Shown here piece after piece: positions 30,514 to 42,032 of a DNA stretch of 64,000 bases. The notes under the pieces were generated by a model. The model saw only the letters and a program-made list of their open reading frames with translations. It had not been told where the DNA came from and did not search any database. The number at the start of each line of letters is the position of its first letter. The first letter of the stretch is position 1. A program made the translations under genes and the position numbers. The stretch lies in NCBI GenBank assembly GCA_963842525.1, contig CAWJGT010000025.1:192001-256000 (forward strand), written 5' to 3'. This DNA comes from an uncultured Holophagales bacterium (GTDB taxonomy: Bacteria > Acidobacteriota > Thermoanaerobaculia > Multivoradales > UBA5704).

Positions 30514-32205
30514 CTATACGGAGCCCGCCGCCTCCCCCGCCCGGGCATAGGTCTTCATCAGCGGCTCCCTGCGGCCCAGGCGCTCTTCGGCGGCTTTGAC
30601 GAGGTCGGCGAGGCCTTGGCGCTTGGCGGCGCTGACGGCGACTCCGTCGTAGCGGACGGCCAGGGTGCGGGCGTCCTCGGGGGTGATGAGGTCGGCCTTG
30701 TTGAGGACGACGAGGCGCGGGATGTCGCCCAGGTGGAGGTCCTGGAGGATCTTCTCGACGGCCTTGAGCTTCTGCTCCAGGCGCGGATCGGCGATGTCCA
30801 CGACGTGCAGCAGGAGGTCGGCGTCGGACAGCTCTTCCAGGGTGGCCCGGAAGGCGGCGATCAGGTCCTTCGGCAGGTCGGCGATGAAGCCGACGGTGTC
30901 GGTGATCACCACCTCGCCTTCGCGCGGGAAGCGCAGGCGGCGGCTGGTCGGGTCGAGGGTCATGAAGAGCTTGTCGGCGGCCTCGATCGTGCTGCCGGTC
31001 ATGGCGTTCAGGAGCGTGCTCTTGCCGGCGTTCGTGTAGCCGATGATCGAGAGCACGGGGACGCCCTCTTCGCGGCGGCGCCGGCGGCGGACGTCGCGCT
31101 GCCGCGAGAGGTTCTCGACTTCCTTCTCCAGGGAGCGGATGCGGTCGCGGATCCGCCGCCGGCCGATCTCCATCACGGTCTCGCCGGGACCCCGGCCGCC
31201 GATGCCGCCGGCCAGGCGCGACAGGCCCGCATCCCTTTCGGTCAGGCGCGGCAGCGAGTACTTGAGCTGCGCCAGCTCGACCTGCAGCTTGCCGTCGCGG
31301 CTGCGGGCGCGCTGGGCGAAGACGTCCAGGATGAGCTGGGTGCGGTCGATTGCCTTGAGGCCGGTGGCGTCCTCGAAGGCGCGTGCCTGGCCGGGTTTCA
31401 GGTCGATGTCGAAGATGGCCACGGAGGCGCGGCGGCGCATGCCCTCGAGCACGATGTCCTGGAGCTTGCCGGCGCCGACGACGGTCCGCGGGTGCACCTT
31501 GGAGCGGCGCTGGCGCATGGTGCCGGCGACGGTCACGTCCGCCGAGCGGACCAGCTCGAGCATCTCCTCGAAGTGCTCGTCGTCCGGGACGATGCCGATC
31601 ACCAGGGCGCGCTCCTGCTCGGTGGCGCCGGAATCGCCGACGACGCGGGCGAGCTCTTCCTCCAGGGCGCGCATGGTGGCGTCGAAGTCGAACGAGGCGG
31701 CGAGCTGGTGGACGTCGGGCTCCTGGATGCGCTCGAACAGATCGACGCCGTGGCCGTTCTCCTCCGCGGCCGTGGCTGGAGCGTTCGGCGCGAGATGCGC
31801 CACTTCGACCCGGCCGGGCAGGCCGCTGTCGAGCACCTCGATCATGGCGACCAGGTCCAGCCGCAGGAGCGCCAGGTCGTTCAGGTCGTCCTTGGTGAGC
31901 GGCTCGCCCTTGAGGTGCGTATGGACGAGGCGGAGGCCGCGGAAGCGGGAAGCTCCGCCGCGCAGGCGGCCCACGTCCGGCAGGTCCATCTTGTGGGCGT
32001 CGCCGACGATGACGTTGCGCACGGTGCCGTCGCGGCCCAGCAGCACGCCGACCTGGCGGCCGAGGCGGCGGGAGGTCTCGGTGAGATGGCGGGCCAGCTC
32101 GGGGGAGACGACCTGCCGCGGGTCGACGCGGCGGCGGTAGGTGCGCTCCAGGGCGCTGACTTCGGATGCCTTGATGCCTCGGGTGTCGCCGTGGATCTGG
32201 GAAAT
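30514..32205 (-). CDS. hflX: GTPase HflX (long form), probable ATT start codon
   Basis: [35 protein letters not shown]. Frame is open upstream to ATT at 32205, preceded by SD GAGGAG. Confidence 0.9.
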   Translation of the reverse strand: MSQIHGDTRGIKASEVSALERTYRRRVDPRQVVSPELARHLTETSRRLGRQVGVLLGRDGTVRNVIVGDAHKMDLPDVGRLRGGASRFRGLRLVHTHLKGEPLTKDDLNDLALLRLDLVAMIEVLDSGLPGRVEVAHLAPNAPATAAEENGHGVDLFERIQEPDVHQLAASFDFDATMRALEEELARVVGDSGATEQERALVIGIVPDDEHFEEMLELVRSADVTVAGTMRQRRSKVHPRTVVGAGKLQDIVLEGMRRRASVAIFDIDLKPGQARAFEDATGLKAIDRTQLILDVFAQRARSRDGKLQVELAQLKYSLPRLTERDAGLSRLAGGIGGRGPGETVMEIGRRRIRDRIRSLEKEVENLSRQRDVRRRRRREEGVPVLSIIGYTNAGKSTLLNAMTGSTIEAADKLFMTLDPTSRRLRFPREGEVVITDTVGFIADLPKDLIAAFRATLEELSDADLLLHVVDIADPRLEQKLKAVEKILQDLHLGDIPRLVVLNKADLITPEDARTLAVRYDGVAVSAAKRQGLADLVKAAEERLGRREPLMKTYARAGEAAGSV

Positions 32206-32218
32206 GGCGCTCTCCTCT

Positions 32219-32896
32219 TCAGTGAACGGTCGGGGGGGCGAAGTATTCCGCGGCCGTGATCGGCTCGAACCCCATACCCATCAACGCCAGAAGGAGCTGT
32301 TCTCTTTCCACCGGGCCGCGCACCTCCAGCAGGGCCTGCTTGTCCTCGGGGCGGAACGGCAGGGCGACCGACAGCCCGTTGAGCAGGGAGATGCCCGGCA
32401 GGGCGGCGAGGAGGTCGAAGTCGAGCTCCATCCCATGCTTCGGGCCGAAGGTGCGGAGCGCGGCGAGCAGGCGCGAGGGGTCGAGGGTGGTCCCGGGCTC
32501 CGCCAGGTCGGCCGCGAACTCGCCGAAGTCGGCCACGACGCGCCGGTAGCCGCGGTGGAGCGGCAGCTCTTCCTGGATGCGAAAGCGGCTGCTGCCGCGC
32601 AGGACGATCTCGTAGCGGCCGTCCGGCTGCCGCTCCCAGCGGTCGATGCGGCCGGCGCAGCCGACCCGGTAGATCTCCGGGTTTTCCGACAGATGCTCCG
32701 GCGGACCCCAGTTGTCCGGCTGCGGCACGACCGGCTGGACCATGCCGATGTGGAGCCCCTCCTCCAGGGCGTCGGCCACCATGTGGCGGTAGCGCGGCTC
32801 GAAGACGTTGAGCGGCAGGAGGTTGCCGGGCAGCAGCAGGGTCCCGGTCAGCGGGAAGACCGGGAACACGCTCGGAATGGGGGTCTGCTCGGACAT
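32219..32896 (-). CDS. Lon peptidase N-terminal substrate-binding domain protein
   Basis: PVFPL...LLPG..LPLNVFEPRYRHMV, VGCAGRI, DGRYEIVLRG..RFRI, DKQALLE. Confidence 0.85.
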   Translation of the reverse strand: MSEQTPIPSVFPVFPLTGTLLLPGNLLPLNVFEPRYRHMVADALEEGLHIGMVQPVVPQPDNWGPPEHLSENPEIYRVGCAGRIDRWERQPDGRYEIVLRGSSRFRIQEELPLHRGYRRVVADFGEFAADLAEPGTTLDPSRLLAALRTFGPKHGMELDFDLLAALPGISLLNGLSVALPFRPEDKQALLEVRGPVEREQLLLALMGMGFEPITAAEYFAPPTVH

Positions 32897-33849
32897 CACA
32901 GCTCGGAATGGTGCAAGCCCTGTTCCCCGATGCACCAGTTGAGCACCGCCATCGCGCTGGTCATCTTATGGTACGCCTGCCGGAAGGCGATGCTCTGGGG
33001 GCCGTCCAGGACCTCGTCGAGCACATCGGTCCCGCGTATGGCCGGCAGGTCGTGCATGAAGATCGTCCGCTCCTTGGAGACCCGGGCCATGATCTCGGGG
33101 GTGACGCCGTACGGACGGAACTTCTCTTGCCAGCCGGGCTCGTCCCGCTGCACGCCCGTGGTCAGCCAGCGCGTGGTGTAGACGGCGTCCACACCCCGGG
33201 GGAGCCGGTCGATGTCGTGGTGCTCCTCGATGACGGAGCCGTTGCGCTCGCCGGCCAGCCGGGCTTCCTCGATCATCTCTTCCGGTGCTCCGTAACCCGC
33301 GGGCGTGACCAGGGTCAGGTGCATGTGCGGCAGCAGCGCGAAGGCGTAGGCCAGGGCCGTCGCGGTGTTGTTGCGCTCGCCCAGGTACAGCACGTGCCGT
33401 CCCTCCAGCGTGCCGAACACCTCCTTGAGAGCGGCCAGATCGGCGATGGCCTGGGTCGGGTGCTCGTTCTCGCTCATGGCGTTGACGACGGACATCCGGT
33501 CCTGCTGGGCGAGATCGTGCATCTCCTCGATCGTCCCGCTGGTCCGCAGCACCAGGGCGTCCAGGTAGTTGGCCAGCACACGGGCCGTGTCCTTGACGGT
33601 CTCGCCGGTAGCGATCTGGAGGTCGTTGGGACCGTAGGAGATGACCGAGGCCCCCAGCTTCATCGCGCCGACGGTGAAGGACGTCCGGGTGCGGGTCGAG
33701 GTCTTGCGGAAGTAGATGCCGACGACCTTGCCGTCGAGCGGTTTCCGGCCCTCCCACCTGCCGCGCGCGATGGCGAGCGCCTCGTCGACGAGGCGCGTCA
33801 GAGTCTCGGTGTCGAGGTCCGTGATCGACAACACATGCCGTGCGGCCAT
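32896..33849 (-). CDS. Ornithine carbamoyltransferase-like transcarbamylase with atypical substrate motifs
   Basis: STRT and HPTQ carbamoyl-phosphate motifs present; YTTRWLTTG and MHDLPA replace DxxxSMG and HCLP. Confidence 0.85.
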   Translation of the reverse strand: MAARHVLSITDLDTETLTRLVDEALAIARGRWEGRKPLDGKVVGIYFRKTSTRTRTSFTVGAMKLGASVISYGPNDLQIATGETVKDTARVLANYLDALVLRTSGTIEEMHDLAQQDRMSVVNAMSENEHPTQAIADLAALKEVFGTLEGRHVLYLGERNNTATALAYAFALLPHMHLTLVTPAGYGAPEEMIEEARLAGERNGSVIEEHHDIDRLPRGVDAVYTTRWLTTGVQRDEPGWQEKFRPYGVTPEIMARVSKERTIFMHDLPAIRGTDVLDEVLDGPQSIAFRQAYHKMTSAMAVLNWCIGEQGLHHSEL

Positions 33850-33906
33850 CTATCCCCCTTCCCCTGCGTTGGTCGAGAAGCGTCTGCTAGTAAGGTGTCG
33901 CCAACG

Positions 33907-35705
<1,799 letters not shown>

Positions 35706-35834
35706 GCGTGTCCTCGTCGTCGCGCGCTTCTTTTCGGAGACCGCGGCCGTTCATCCTACAACGGGCGGACCGGGGGGCGCCTATTCCGGGGGGCGTCCGT
35801 GAGGGGCGCGAGCGGCAAGGGGCGGACCGCCATC

Positions 35835-35944
35835 CGTAGGGGCAACCCTTGTGGTTGCCCTGTACCGCCTGCCCCTGCGGTGGGAAAATGCGCAGCGGCC
35901 GCCACGTGGCAAGACCGTGGGCAACCACAAGGGTTGCCCCTACA
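35835..35944. repeat. REP-like element (GTAGGGGCAACCCTTGTGGTTGCCC family)
   Basis: GTAGGGGCAACCCTTGTGGTTGCCC ... GGGCAACCACAAGGGTTGCCCCTAC inverted pair. Confidence 0.75.
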
Positions 35945-35983
35945 GGATTCACCCCACCCCGTGCCGGGTGAGGCCCCGCCTGA

Positions 35984-36263
35984 TCACTCCTCCGTCATGC
36001 GGTGTCCGCCTTCCGGCGTATAGAGGTAGTTGTATCCCTCCTGCGTCAGGACGTAGCCGTCCCGCTCGGCGTCGTGCTGCAGGAGGTTGCGGGCCAGCAG
36101 GGTGTCCAGGACGCCGTTCGAACTCGACGCCGGCCGTATCGGTCTCGGTCTTACGGAAGTAGGAGGTGGGAAGGAAGTCGCCCGGCCGGGCTCCGACCCG
36201 GTCTCCCTTCTGTTCGTGGAACTGCACGAGAAGCACCTCTTCGGGCTTGGTCAGCAGGATCAT
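35984..36263 (-). CDS. Small hypothetical protein, possibly winged-helix (frameshift near 36115)
   Basis: MILLTKPEEVLL... continues in another frame as VLDTLLARNLLQHDAERDGYVLTQEGYNYLY; SD AAGGAG upstream. Confidence 0.55.
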
Positions 36264-36339
36264 GCGTGTCTCCTTGCAGTCGGCGGGGAAGGCCCCGCCC
36301 CAGGGAGAGGCAGCAACCGGCATGCCACGTGCGCCGGCC

Positions 36340-36876
36340 CTATAGCTTCAGCACCATCTTGATCATGTCGTGCTGGTTGCCGTCGGGGTCGGTCCCATAG
36401 CCCGGGATGGTGTAGCCGTCGAAGCCCAGACTCTGCAGCGTCTGGACCGCATCGGCCTCGGAGTCGGAGACCAGCATGCACGTCAGGTGGCGCAGACCAT
36501 TGTTGCGGGCGATGGTGATGAACTTGTTGACCAGGATGGTCCCGAGGCCCGCTCCCCGGTAGGCGGGGTCGATCAGCCATTTCACGCGGCCGACCAGGCG
36601 GAGGGGGCCTCCTTCCCGGCGGTGGAGCGTGGCGTCGGCCACGACCTTGTTGCCATCCAGCGCGAGCAGCGGCAGGACCTTCGCGTAGTCGAGCTCCCGG
36701 CCCCAGCTCTCGACCAGGGCGCGGTTGTCGATCCGGTCCCAGGCGAAGCGGCGGACTTCGACGGGAAGCCGCTGGAAGAACTCGTAGAGAGGTTCCGCGT
36801 CGTTCTCGGTGAACAGCCGGATGAGGAGCCGGCGCCCGTCGCGGAGCACCGCCTCCTGGGGAAAGCGGTCAGGCAT
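36340..36876 (-). CDS. GNAT family N-acetyltransferase
   Basis: LRDGRRLLIR, IDPAYRGAGLGT (motif A), LQSLGF. Confidence 0.85.
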   Translation of the reverse strand: MPDRFPQEAVLRDGRRLLIRLFTENDAEPLYEFFQRLPVEVRRFAWDRIDNRALVESWGRELDYAKVLPLLALDGNKVVADATLHRREGGPLRLVGRVKWLIDPAYRGAGLGTILVNKFITIARNNGLRHLTCMLVSDSEADAVQTLQSLGFDGYTIPGYGTDPDGNQHDMIKMVLKL

Positions 36877-37005
36877 TTTTTCCCTCCTCAGGAGCAGATT
36901 CGGGCGAAGCCGGGCCGGGGGAGCACGCGGATCGCCCTGGGGAAACTACCACAGGCGGAGAGGGCGGGTCAGTCGGTGCATAAGCGCCAACTTTGGCGCC
37001 CTGCT

Positions 37006-37106
37006 GACCGGGCATGAATGCCCGGGCTAGGAACAGCGCCGGGTAAACCCGGCTTCAAAGCCCCATTCATGGGGCGCCGTTCCTAGCCCGGCGATTCATC
37101 GCCGGG
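37006..37106. repeat. REP-like palindrome
   Basis: CCGGGCATGAATGCCCGGGCTAGGAAC...GTTCCTAGCCCGGCGATTCATCGCCGG. Confidence 0.6.
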
Positions 37107-37177
37107 CGGGGCTCCGGAGCAAAGTCAAGGCTGGCGCGTCCTTTGCTTCCTCTTTCCTGCGAAGGAGGAATTCGTCG

Positions 37178-37417
37178 ATGCTCAGGATCAGGGACGAACG
37201 GACGGAATCGGCTCTCGGCGTGGGAGTGATCATGGCTCTTCTGTGGGCGGTCGCCACCATGGTGCGCGGGTTCTCGCTCGGGCCGCTGGCGGTCTCCTGG
37301 CAGGAGTGGTTCCTTCAGCTCATGGGTGGCGTGGTGTGCGCCCTGATCCTGCCCTGGCTGCTGGTGCGCGGAAGCGACTGGATCGCGTCCCGCGTCGAGT
37401 CGGTCCGGCAGAGGTAG
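37178..37417 (+). CDS. Small two-TM membrane protein
   Basis: SD AGGAGG; two hydrophobic helices. Confidence 0.6.
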   Translation: MLRIRDERTESALGVGVIMALLWAVATMVRGFSLGPLAVSWQEWFLQLMGGVVCALILPWLLVRGSDWIASRVESVRQR

Positions 37418-37420
37418 GCG

Positions 37421-37577
37421 CCTCACCCCCTGTCCCCCTCTCCCATCTCCCTCTCCCCGACCGGGAGAGGGGGAACGCATCCGGAGCCGTTCTGCGAGCT
37501 CGCCACACAGGCAACAACGACGTCCCCCCTCTCCCGGGGGCAGGGAGGGAGATGGGAGAGGGGGACAGGGGGTGAGG
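37421..37577. repeat. REP-like palindromic element (CCTCACCCCC family), full intergenic copy
   Basis: CCTCACCCCCTGTCCCCCTCTCCCATCTCCCT...AGGGAGATGGGAGAGGGGGACAGGGGGTGAGG perfect arms. Confidence 0.85.
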
Positions 37578-37599
37578 TTTCTGACGATAGACTCTCACC

Positions 37600-40500
37600 A
37601 TGACTGAACGCGTGTGGGAGGAGCTCTCCCGGACGGTGCGTACGGGTGCGCCCTACCGGTCCCTGCTCCAGGGGCTTGGAGATGTCGTGCGTCTGCCCGT
37701 GCCGGCGGCGGCCTGGGTCGGCGAGCTGCTGGCGCGGGATCTCGGCCGGCCGTTGCTCGTCCTCGTGCCGCGCGAGGCGGACGCCCTGGCCTGGCTGGAG
37801 GCGGCTCGCCTGTTCGGCCGCGAGGAGGGCGTGGTCTACTTCCCGGCCCCTTCGCTGACCCCCTATCAGGAGGCCGAAACCTCGCTGCTGGTGCGCGCCC
37901 AGGAATCCGTCGCGCTGGACCGGGTCCGGTCGGGAGCGGCCACCACGGTCGTGGCGACGCCGCGCGCGCTGTTCCGCCGCCTGCCGTCCGCCGCGGACTT
38001 CGCGTCCTGCGTGCTCGAGGTCCGGCCTGGCCAGGACCACCCGCTGGAAGGCCTCGTCGCCCACCTGGCCCGGTTCGGCTTCCGCCGCACCGACCTGGTC
38101 TACGAGGTCGGGGACTTCGCGGTCCGCGGCGGCATCCTCGACCTCTTCCCGCCCGGCGAGGACTCGCCGGTGCGGCTCGACTTCTTCGGCGACACGGTGG
38201 AGTCGATCCGCTGGTTCGATCCCCAGTCGCAGCGCTCCGAGGACACCCTGGACGCGGTGCGCATCCTGCCGCTCTACCTCTTTCCGGGAGGACGGGAAGA
38301 GGCGCTGGAGCTGGCCGGCCTGTTGACCAGCCTGCTGGGTACGGGGCGGGGGCCGGAGATGGGCCCGGAGGCGGCCGAGCTCGTCGAGGCGCTGCGGGTA
38401 CGGGGCGAGTTTCCCGGCTGGGAGAACTATCTGCCGCTCCTCGCCGGCAGCACCGTCGACCTGACCGGGGTGCTCGCGGAGCCTCTGGTCTGGGCGGTCG
38501 ACCCGCCGGCCCTGGAGGCCGAGGTGACCCACCACGCCGAGCGCCTGGAGCTCGACTTCGAGGCCCGGCGGGAGCACGGCAAGCTCGCCGTGCCGCCCGA
38601 GGAGCTGGAGCTGCCGGCCGAGCGGGTGCGCGAGGTCCTGGACACGGCGCCGCTGCGCCTGCGCGACCTGGTGCTCGGCGGCGAGCGGGAGGGCGCCGCG
38701 GTCGACTTCCACGCCACTCTCACCGATCTCTTCCACGGCCAGCTCCCGCGTTTTCCCCAGGAGGTGGCCACCTCCCGGGCGCGCGGCGAGCGCTGCCTGG
38801 TGGTCGTCTCCCCCACGCACCGCCGCAAGATCGAGGAGCTGCTCGAAGGGCGGGAGATCCCGCTCGGCCGCGGCGGCGTGGAGCTGGTCTCGGGCGAGCT
38901 CGGGCGCGGCTTCCGGCTGCCCGCCGCCGGGGTCGCCGTCTATGGCGAGGAGCAGCTCCTGCCGCAGGCCCGGCTCCAGCGCCGGCCGTCCCGCTCGCGC
39001 TTCGGGCCGTTCCTCTCCGGCCTGCGCGACCTCAAGGTGGGCGACTATGTGGTGCACTCCGACCACGGCATCGGCCAGTTCGTGGCGCTACGCTCGGTGG
39101 GGCGCGACGGCGACGGCACCGGCGGCCTGCCTCCCGTGCTGCGCGACCTGTCCTCCGGCGCGGCCGGCGCGACGGCGAGCGCCGAGACCGAGGTCATGGA
39201 GATCGCCTACGCCAGCGGCAAGCGGCTGCTTCTGCCGCTCAGCCGCATGGACCTGGTCCAGAAGTACAGCGGCATCGAGGGGGTGGCGCCGCGGCTCGAC
39301 CAACTCGGCGGCACTTCCTGGAACCGCACCAAGAGCCGGGTCAAGAGCGGCATGCGCGACATGGCCGGCGAGCTGCTCAAGCTCTACGCCGAGCGCCAGA
39401 TCGCCTCCGCGCCGGCCATGCCGTTCGACACCGACCTGCTGCACCAGTTCGAGGCCGCCTTCCCCTACGAGGAGACGCCCGACCAGCTCGAGACGATCGC
39501 AGTCATCAAGGAGGACCTGCAGCGGGAGCGCCCCATGGACCGGCTGCTCTGCGGCGACGTCGGCTATGGCAAGACCGAAGTGGCCATGCGCGCCGCGTTC
39601 AAGGCGGTCGACTCCGGCTACCAGGTGGCTGTCCTGGCGCCGACGACCATCCTGGCCGACCAGCACCTGGAGACCTTCCAGAAGCGGTTCGCCGACTTCC
39701 CGGTCACCATCGAGATGATCTCGCGCTTCCGCTCGCCGCAGGAAGTGAAGGAAGTGCGCAAGCGCCTCAAAGAAGGGAAGATCGACGTCCTGATCGGCAC
39801 GCACCGCCTTCTGTCGCGGGACATCGAGCTCCCGCGGCTCGCCCTGATGATCGTCGACGAGGAGCAGCGCTTCGGCGTGGCCCAGAAGGAGCGCTTGAAG
39901 CAGCTCAAGAAGAACGTCCACGTGCTCGCCATGTCGGCGACCCCGGTGCCGCGCACTCTCCAGCTCTCGCTGGCCGGGGTGCGCGACCTGTCGGTGATCG
40001 AGACCCCTCCGAAGGACCGGATGGCGGTCGAGACCGCGATCCTGCCGTTCACCAAGGAGCTGGTCCGCGAGGCGATCGAGTTCGAGATCGAGCGCGGCGG
40101 GCAGGTCTACTACGTATATAACCGCGTGGAGTCGATCGAGAAGATGCTGACCTTCCTGCGCGAGACCGTGCCCGGCGTGCGGGTGACGGTCGGGCACGGC
40201 CAGCTCGAAGAGTCGGAGCTCTCCCGCCGCATGCACGCCTTCACGCGCGGCGACTTCGACGTGCTGCTCGCCACCACGATCATCGAAAACGGGATCGACA
40301 TCCCCAGCGTCAACACCATGATCGTGCACCGCGCCGATCGCTTCGGGCTGGCCCAGCTCTACCAGCTCCGCGGCCGGGTCGGGCGGAGCAACCAGCTCGC
40401 CTACTGCTACCTGCTGGTGCCGGGAGACCGCATCCTCTCCGAGGCGGCCCGCAAGCGCCTGGCCGCCATCCGCGAGTTCACCGATCTGGGAGCGGGCTTC

Positions 40501-41076
40501 CGCATCGCCGCCCGCGACCTGGAGATCCGCGGCGCCGGCAACCTCCTGGGGGGCGAGCAGAGCGGGCACATCAACGCCGTGGGGATCGAGACCTATCTGA
40601 AGCTGCTCGAAGAGACCGTGCGGGAGCTGCGCGGCGAGGCGGTCGAGGAGGCCCCGTCGGTCAACATCGACCTGCCGGTGCCGATGTCGATCCCGCCGGA
40701 ATACGTGGACGACGCGAACCTGCGTATGGAGGTCTACCGCAAGATCGCCGCCGCCGAGCAGTCCGAGCGGGAGATCCTGGCCGAGCTGGCCGACCGCTTC
40801 GGTCCGCCGCCGCAGGCCGTCGTCACCCTCATCGAGGTCGCCGCCCTGAAGCGCACGGCCGAGGCGCTGCGCGTGCAGTCGATCTCGGCCAAGGGGAGCG
40901 AGCTCATCATCCGCCTCCGCCGCGATGCGCGGGTCGACGTCGACCGGCTGATCGAGATGGTCTCGAACCTGCCGGGGGCGAGCTTCAGTCCCACCGGGGT
41001 CCTGAGCCTGGCCGTGGGCAGCGGGCGGCTGATGCTCGGCGTGGCGCGGCAGACGCTGGAGGCGCTGGCAAATTGA
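37600..41076 (+). CDS. mfd: Transcription-repair coupling factor Mfd
   Basis: GDYVVHSDHGIG, CGDVGYGKTEVA, DEEQRFG, SATPVPRT, QLRGRVGRS, DLEIRGAGNLLG. Confidence 0.96.
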   Translation: MTERVWEELSRTVRTGAPYRSLLQGLGDVVRLPVPAAAWVGELLARDLGRPLLVLVPREADALAWLEAARLFGREEGVVYFPAPSLTPYQEAETSLLVRAQESVALDRVRSGAATTVVATPRALFRRLPSAADFASCVLEVRPGQDHPLEGLVAHLARFGFRRTDLVYEVGDFAVRGGILDLFPPGEDSPVRLDFFGDTVESIRWFDPQSQRSEDTLDAVRILPLYLFPGGREEALELAGLLTSLLGTGRGPEMGPEAAELVEALRVRGEFPGWENYLPLLAGSTVDLTGVLAEPLVWAVDPPALEAEVTHHAERLELDFEARREHGKLAVPPEELELPAERVREVLDTAPLRLRDLVLGGEREGAAVDFHATLTDLFHGQLPRFPQEVATSRARGERCLVVVSPTHRRKIEELLEGREIPLGRGGVELVSGELGRGFRLPAAGVAVYGEEQLLPQARLQRRPSRSRFGPFLSGLRDLKVGDYVVHSDHGIGQFVALRSVGRDGDGTGGLPPVLRDLSSGAAGATASAETEVMEIAYASGKRLLLPLSRMDLVQKYSGIEGVAPRLDQLGGTSWNRTKSRVKSGMRDMAGELLKLYAERQIASAPAMPFDTDLLHQFEAAFPYEETPDQLETIAVIKEDLQRERPMDRLLCGDVGYGKTEVAMRAAFKAVDSGYQVAVLAPTTILADQHLETFQKRFADFPVTIEMISRFRSPQEVKEVRKRLKEGKIDVLIGTHRLLSRDIELPRLALMIVDEEQRFGVAQKERLKQLKKNVHVLAMSATPVPRTLQLSLAGVRDLSVIETPPKDRMAVETAILPFTKELVREAIEFEIERGGQVYYVYNRVESIEKMLTFLRETVPGVRVTVGHGQLEESELSRRMHAFTRGDFDVLLATTIIENGIDIPSVNTMIVHRADRFGLAQLYQLRGRVGRSNQLAYCYLLVPGDRILSEAARKRLAAIREFTDLGAGFRIAARDLEIRGAGNLLGGEQSGHINAVGIETYLKLLEETVRELRGEAVEEAPSVNIDLPVPMSIPPEYVDDANLRMEVYRKIAAAEQSEREILAELADRFGPPPQAVVTLIEVAALKRTAEALRVQSISAKGSELIIRLRRDARVDVDRLIEMVSNLPGASFSPTGVLSLAVGSGRLMLGVARQTLEALAN

Positions 41077-42032
41077 GAGCCCCTCACCCCCGGCCCCTCT
41101 CCCAACCGCCCTCCCAGACCCCCGGGAGAGGGGAGGAAGGACACCAAGGTCTCCAAGGTCTCCAAGGACGCCAAGGACTCAAAGGGAGAGCGTCCTTGCT
41201 GTCCTTGTTGTCCTTGTTGTCCCTTGCCTGCCAGCACCCCGACCCCCCAGCCCCCGACGTCGTGGCAAAAATCGGAGACTCGGAGGTCCGCTATGCGCAG
41301 CTCGAAGGCTATGTCTCGCGCATCGCCGGAGAGGGCGAGACCGTCCTGGCGAGCGACGTCCTGTCGCAGCTCTTCGACCAGTTCCTGGACGAGGAGCTGC
41401 TGATGCGGCTGGCCGTGGACCGGGGCCTGGCGAAGGGCACGGCCGCCGCCGGCAGCGCGGCGCGGCGGCGAGCGATCGACGCTCTGCTCGAAGCGGACCT
41501 CCCGGCCGAGCCGGGCGAGCGGGAGATCGCGGCCTACTACCGGGCGCACCGCCAGGACTTCGCCCGTCCCGAGCGCGTACGGCTCCGCCAGATCCTGACC
41601 GAGGGCCGCGCCGAGGCCGAGCAGGCGTTGCGCGAGCTCGCCGCCGGGACCGATTTCGACCAGCTCGCCCGCCGGATGTCGCGCGATCCGAGCGCCGCAT
41701 CCGGCGGCTACCAGGGAGAGCTGGCGCGCGCCGACCTGCCTCCCGCTTTCGCCGAGATCATCTTCTCCCTGCAGCCGGGCGAGACCAGCCAGGTCGTGCC
41801 GGCCGACTATGGGTTCCACATCTTCCAGGTCATGTCGCGCGCTTCCGCCGAGGTGGTGCCTCTCGCGGCGGCGCGCGGCGAGATCGTCGAGCGGCTGCGC
41901 CAGGAGCGGGCCGACCGTCTCCTGGCCAAGCTGGTCCAGGATGCCCGCAGCCGCTACCATCTCGAGGTCTACGCGAGGAATCTTCCCTTCCAGTACCGAG
42001 GTTCTCATGCACATGCGCCGAACAGTCCCTAG
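41073..42032 (+). CDS. Parvulin (PpiC-type) PPIase lipoprotein
   Basis: Lipobox LSLAC; ERVRLRQI, FDQLARRMS.DPSAASGG..G, GFHIFQV. Confidence 0.8.
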   Translation: MRAPHPRPLSQPPSQTPGRGEEGHQGLQGLQGRQGLKGRASLLSLLSLLSLACQHPDPPAPDVVAKIGDSEVRYAQLEGYVSRIAGEGETVLASDVLSQLFDQFLDEELLMRLAVDRGLAKGTAAAGSAARRRAIDALLEADLPAEPGEREIAAYYRAHRQDFARPERVRLRQILTEGRAEAEQALRELAAGTDFDQLARRMSRDPSAASGGYQGELARADLPPAFAEIIFSLQPGETSQVVPADYGFHIFQVMSRASAEVVPLAAARGEIVERLRQERADRLLAKLVQDARSRYHLEVYARNLPFQYRGSHAHAPNSP

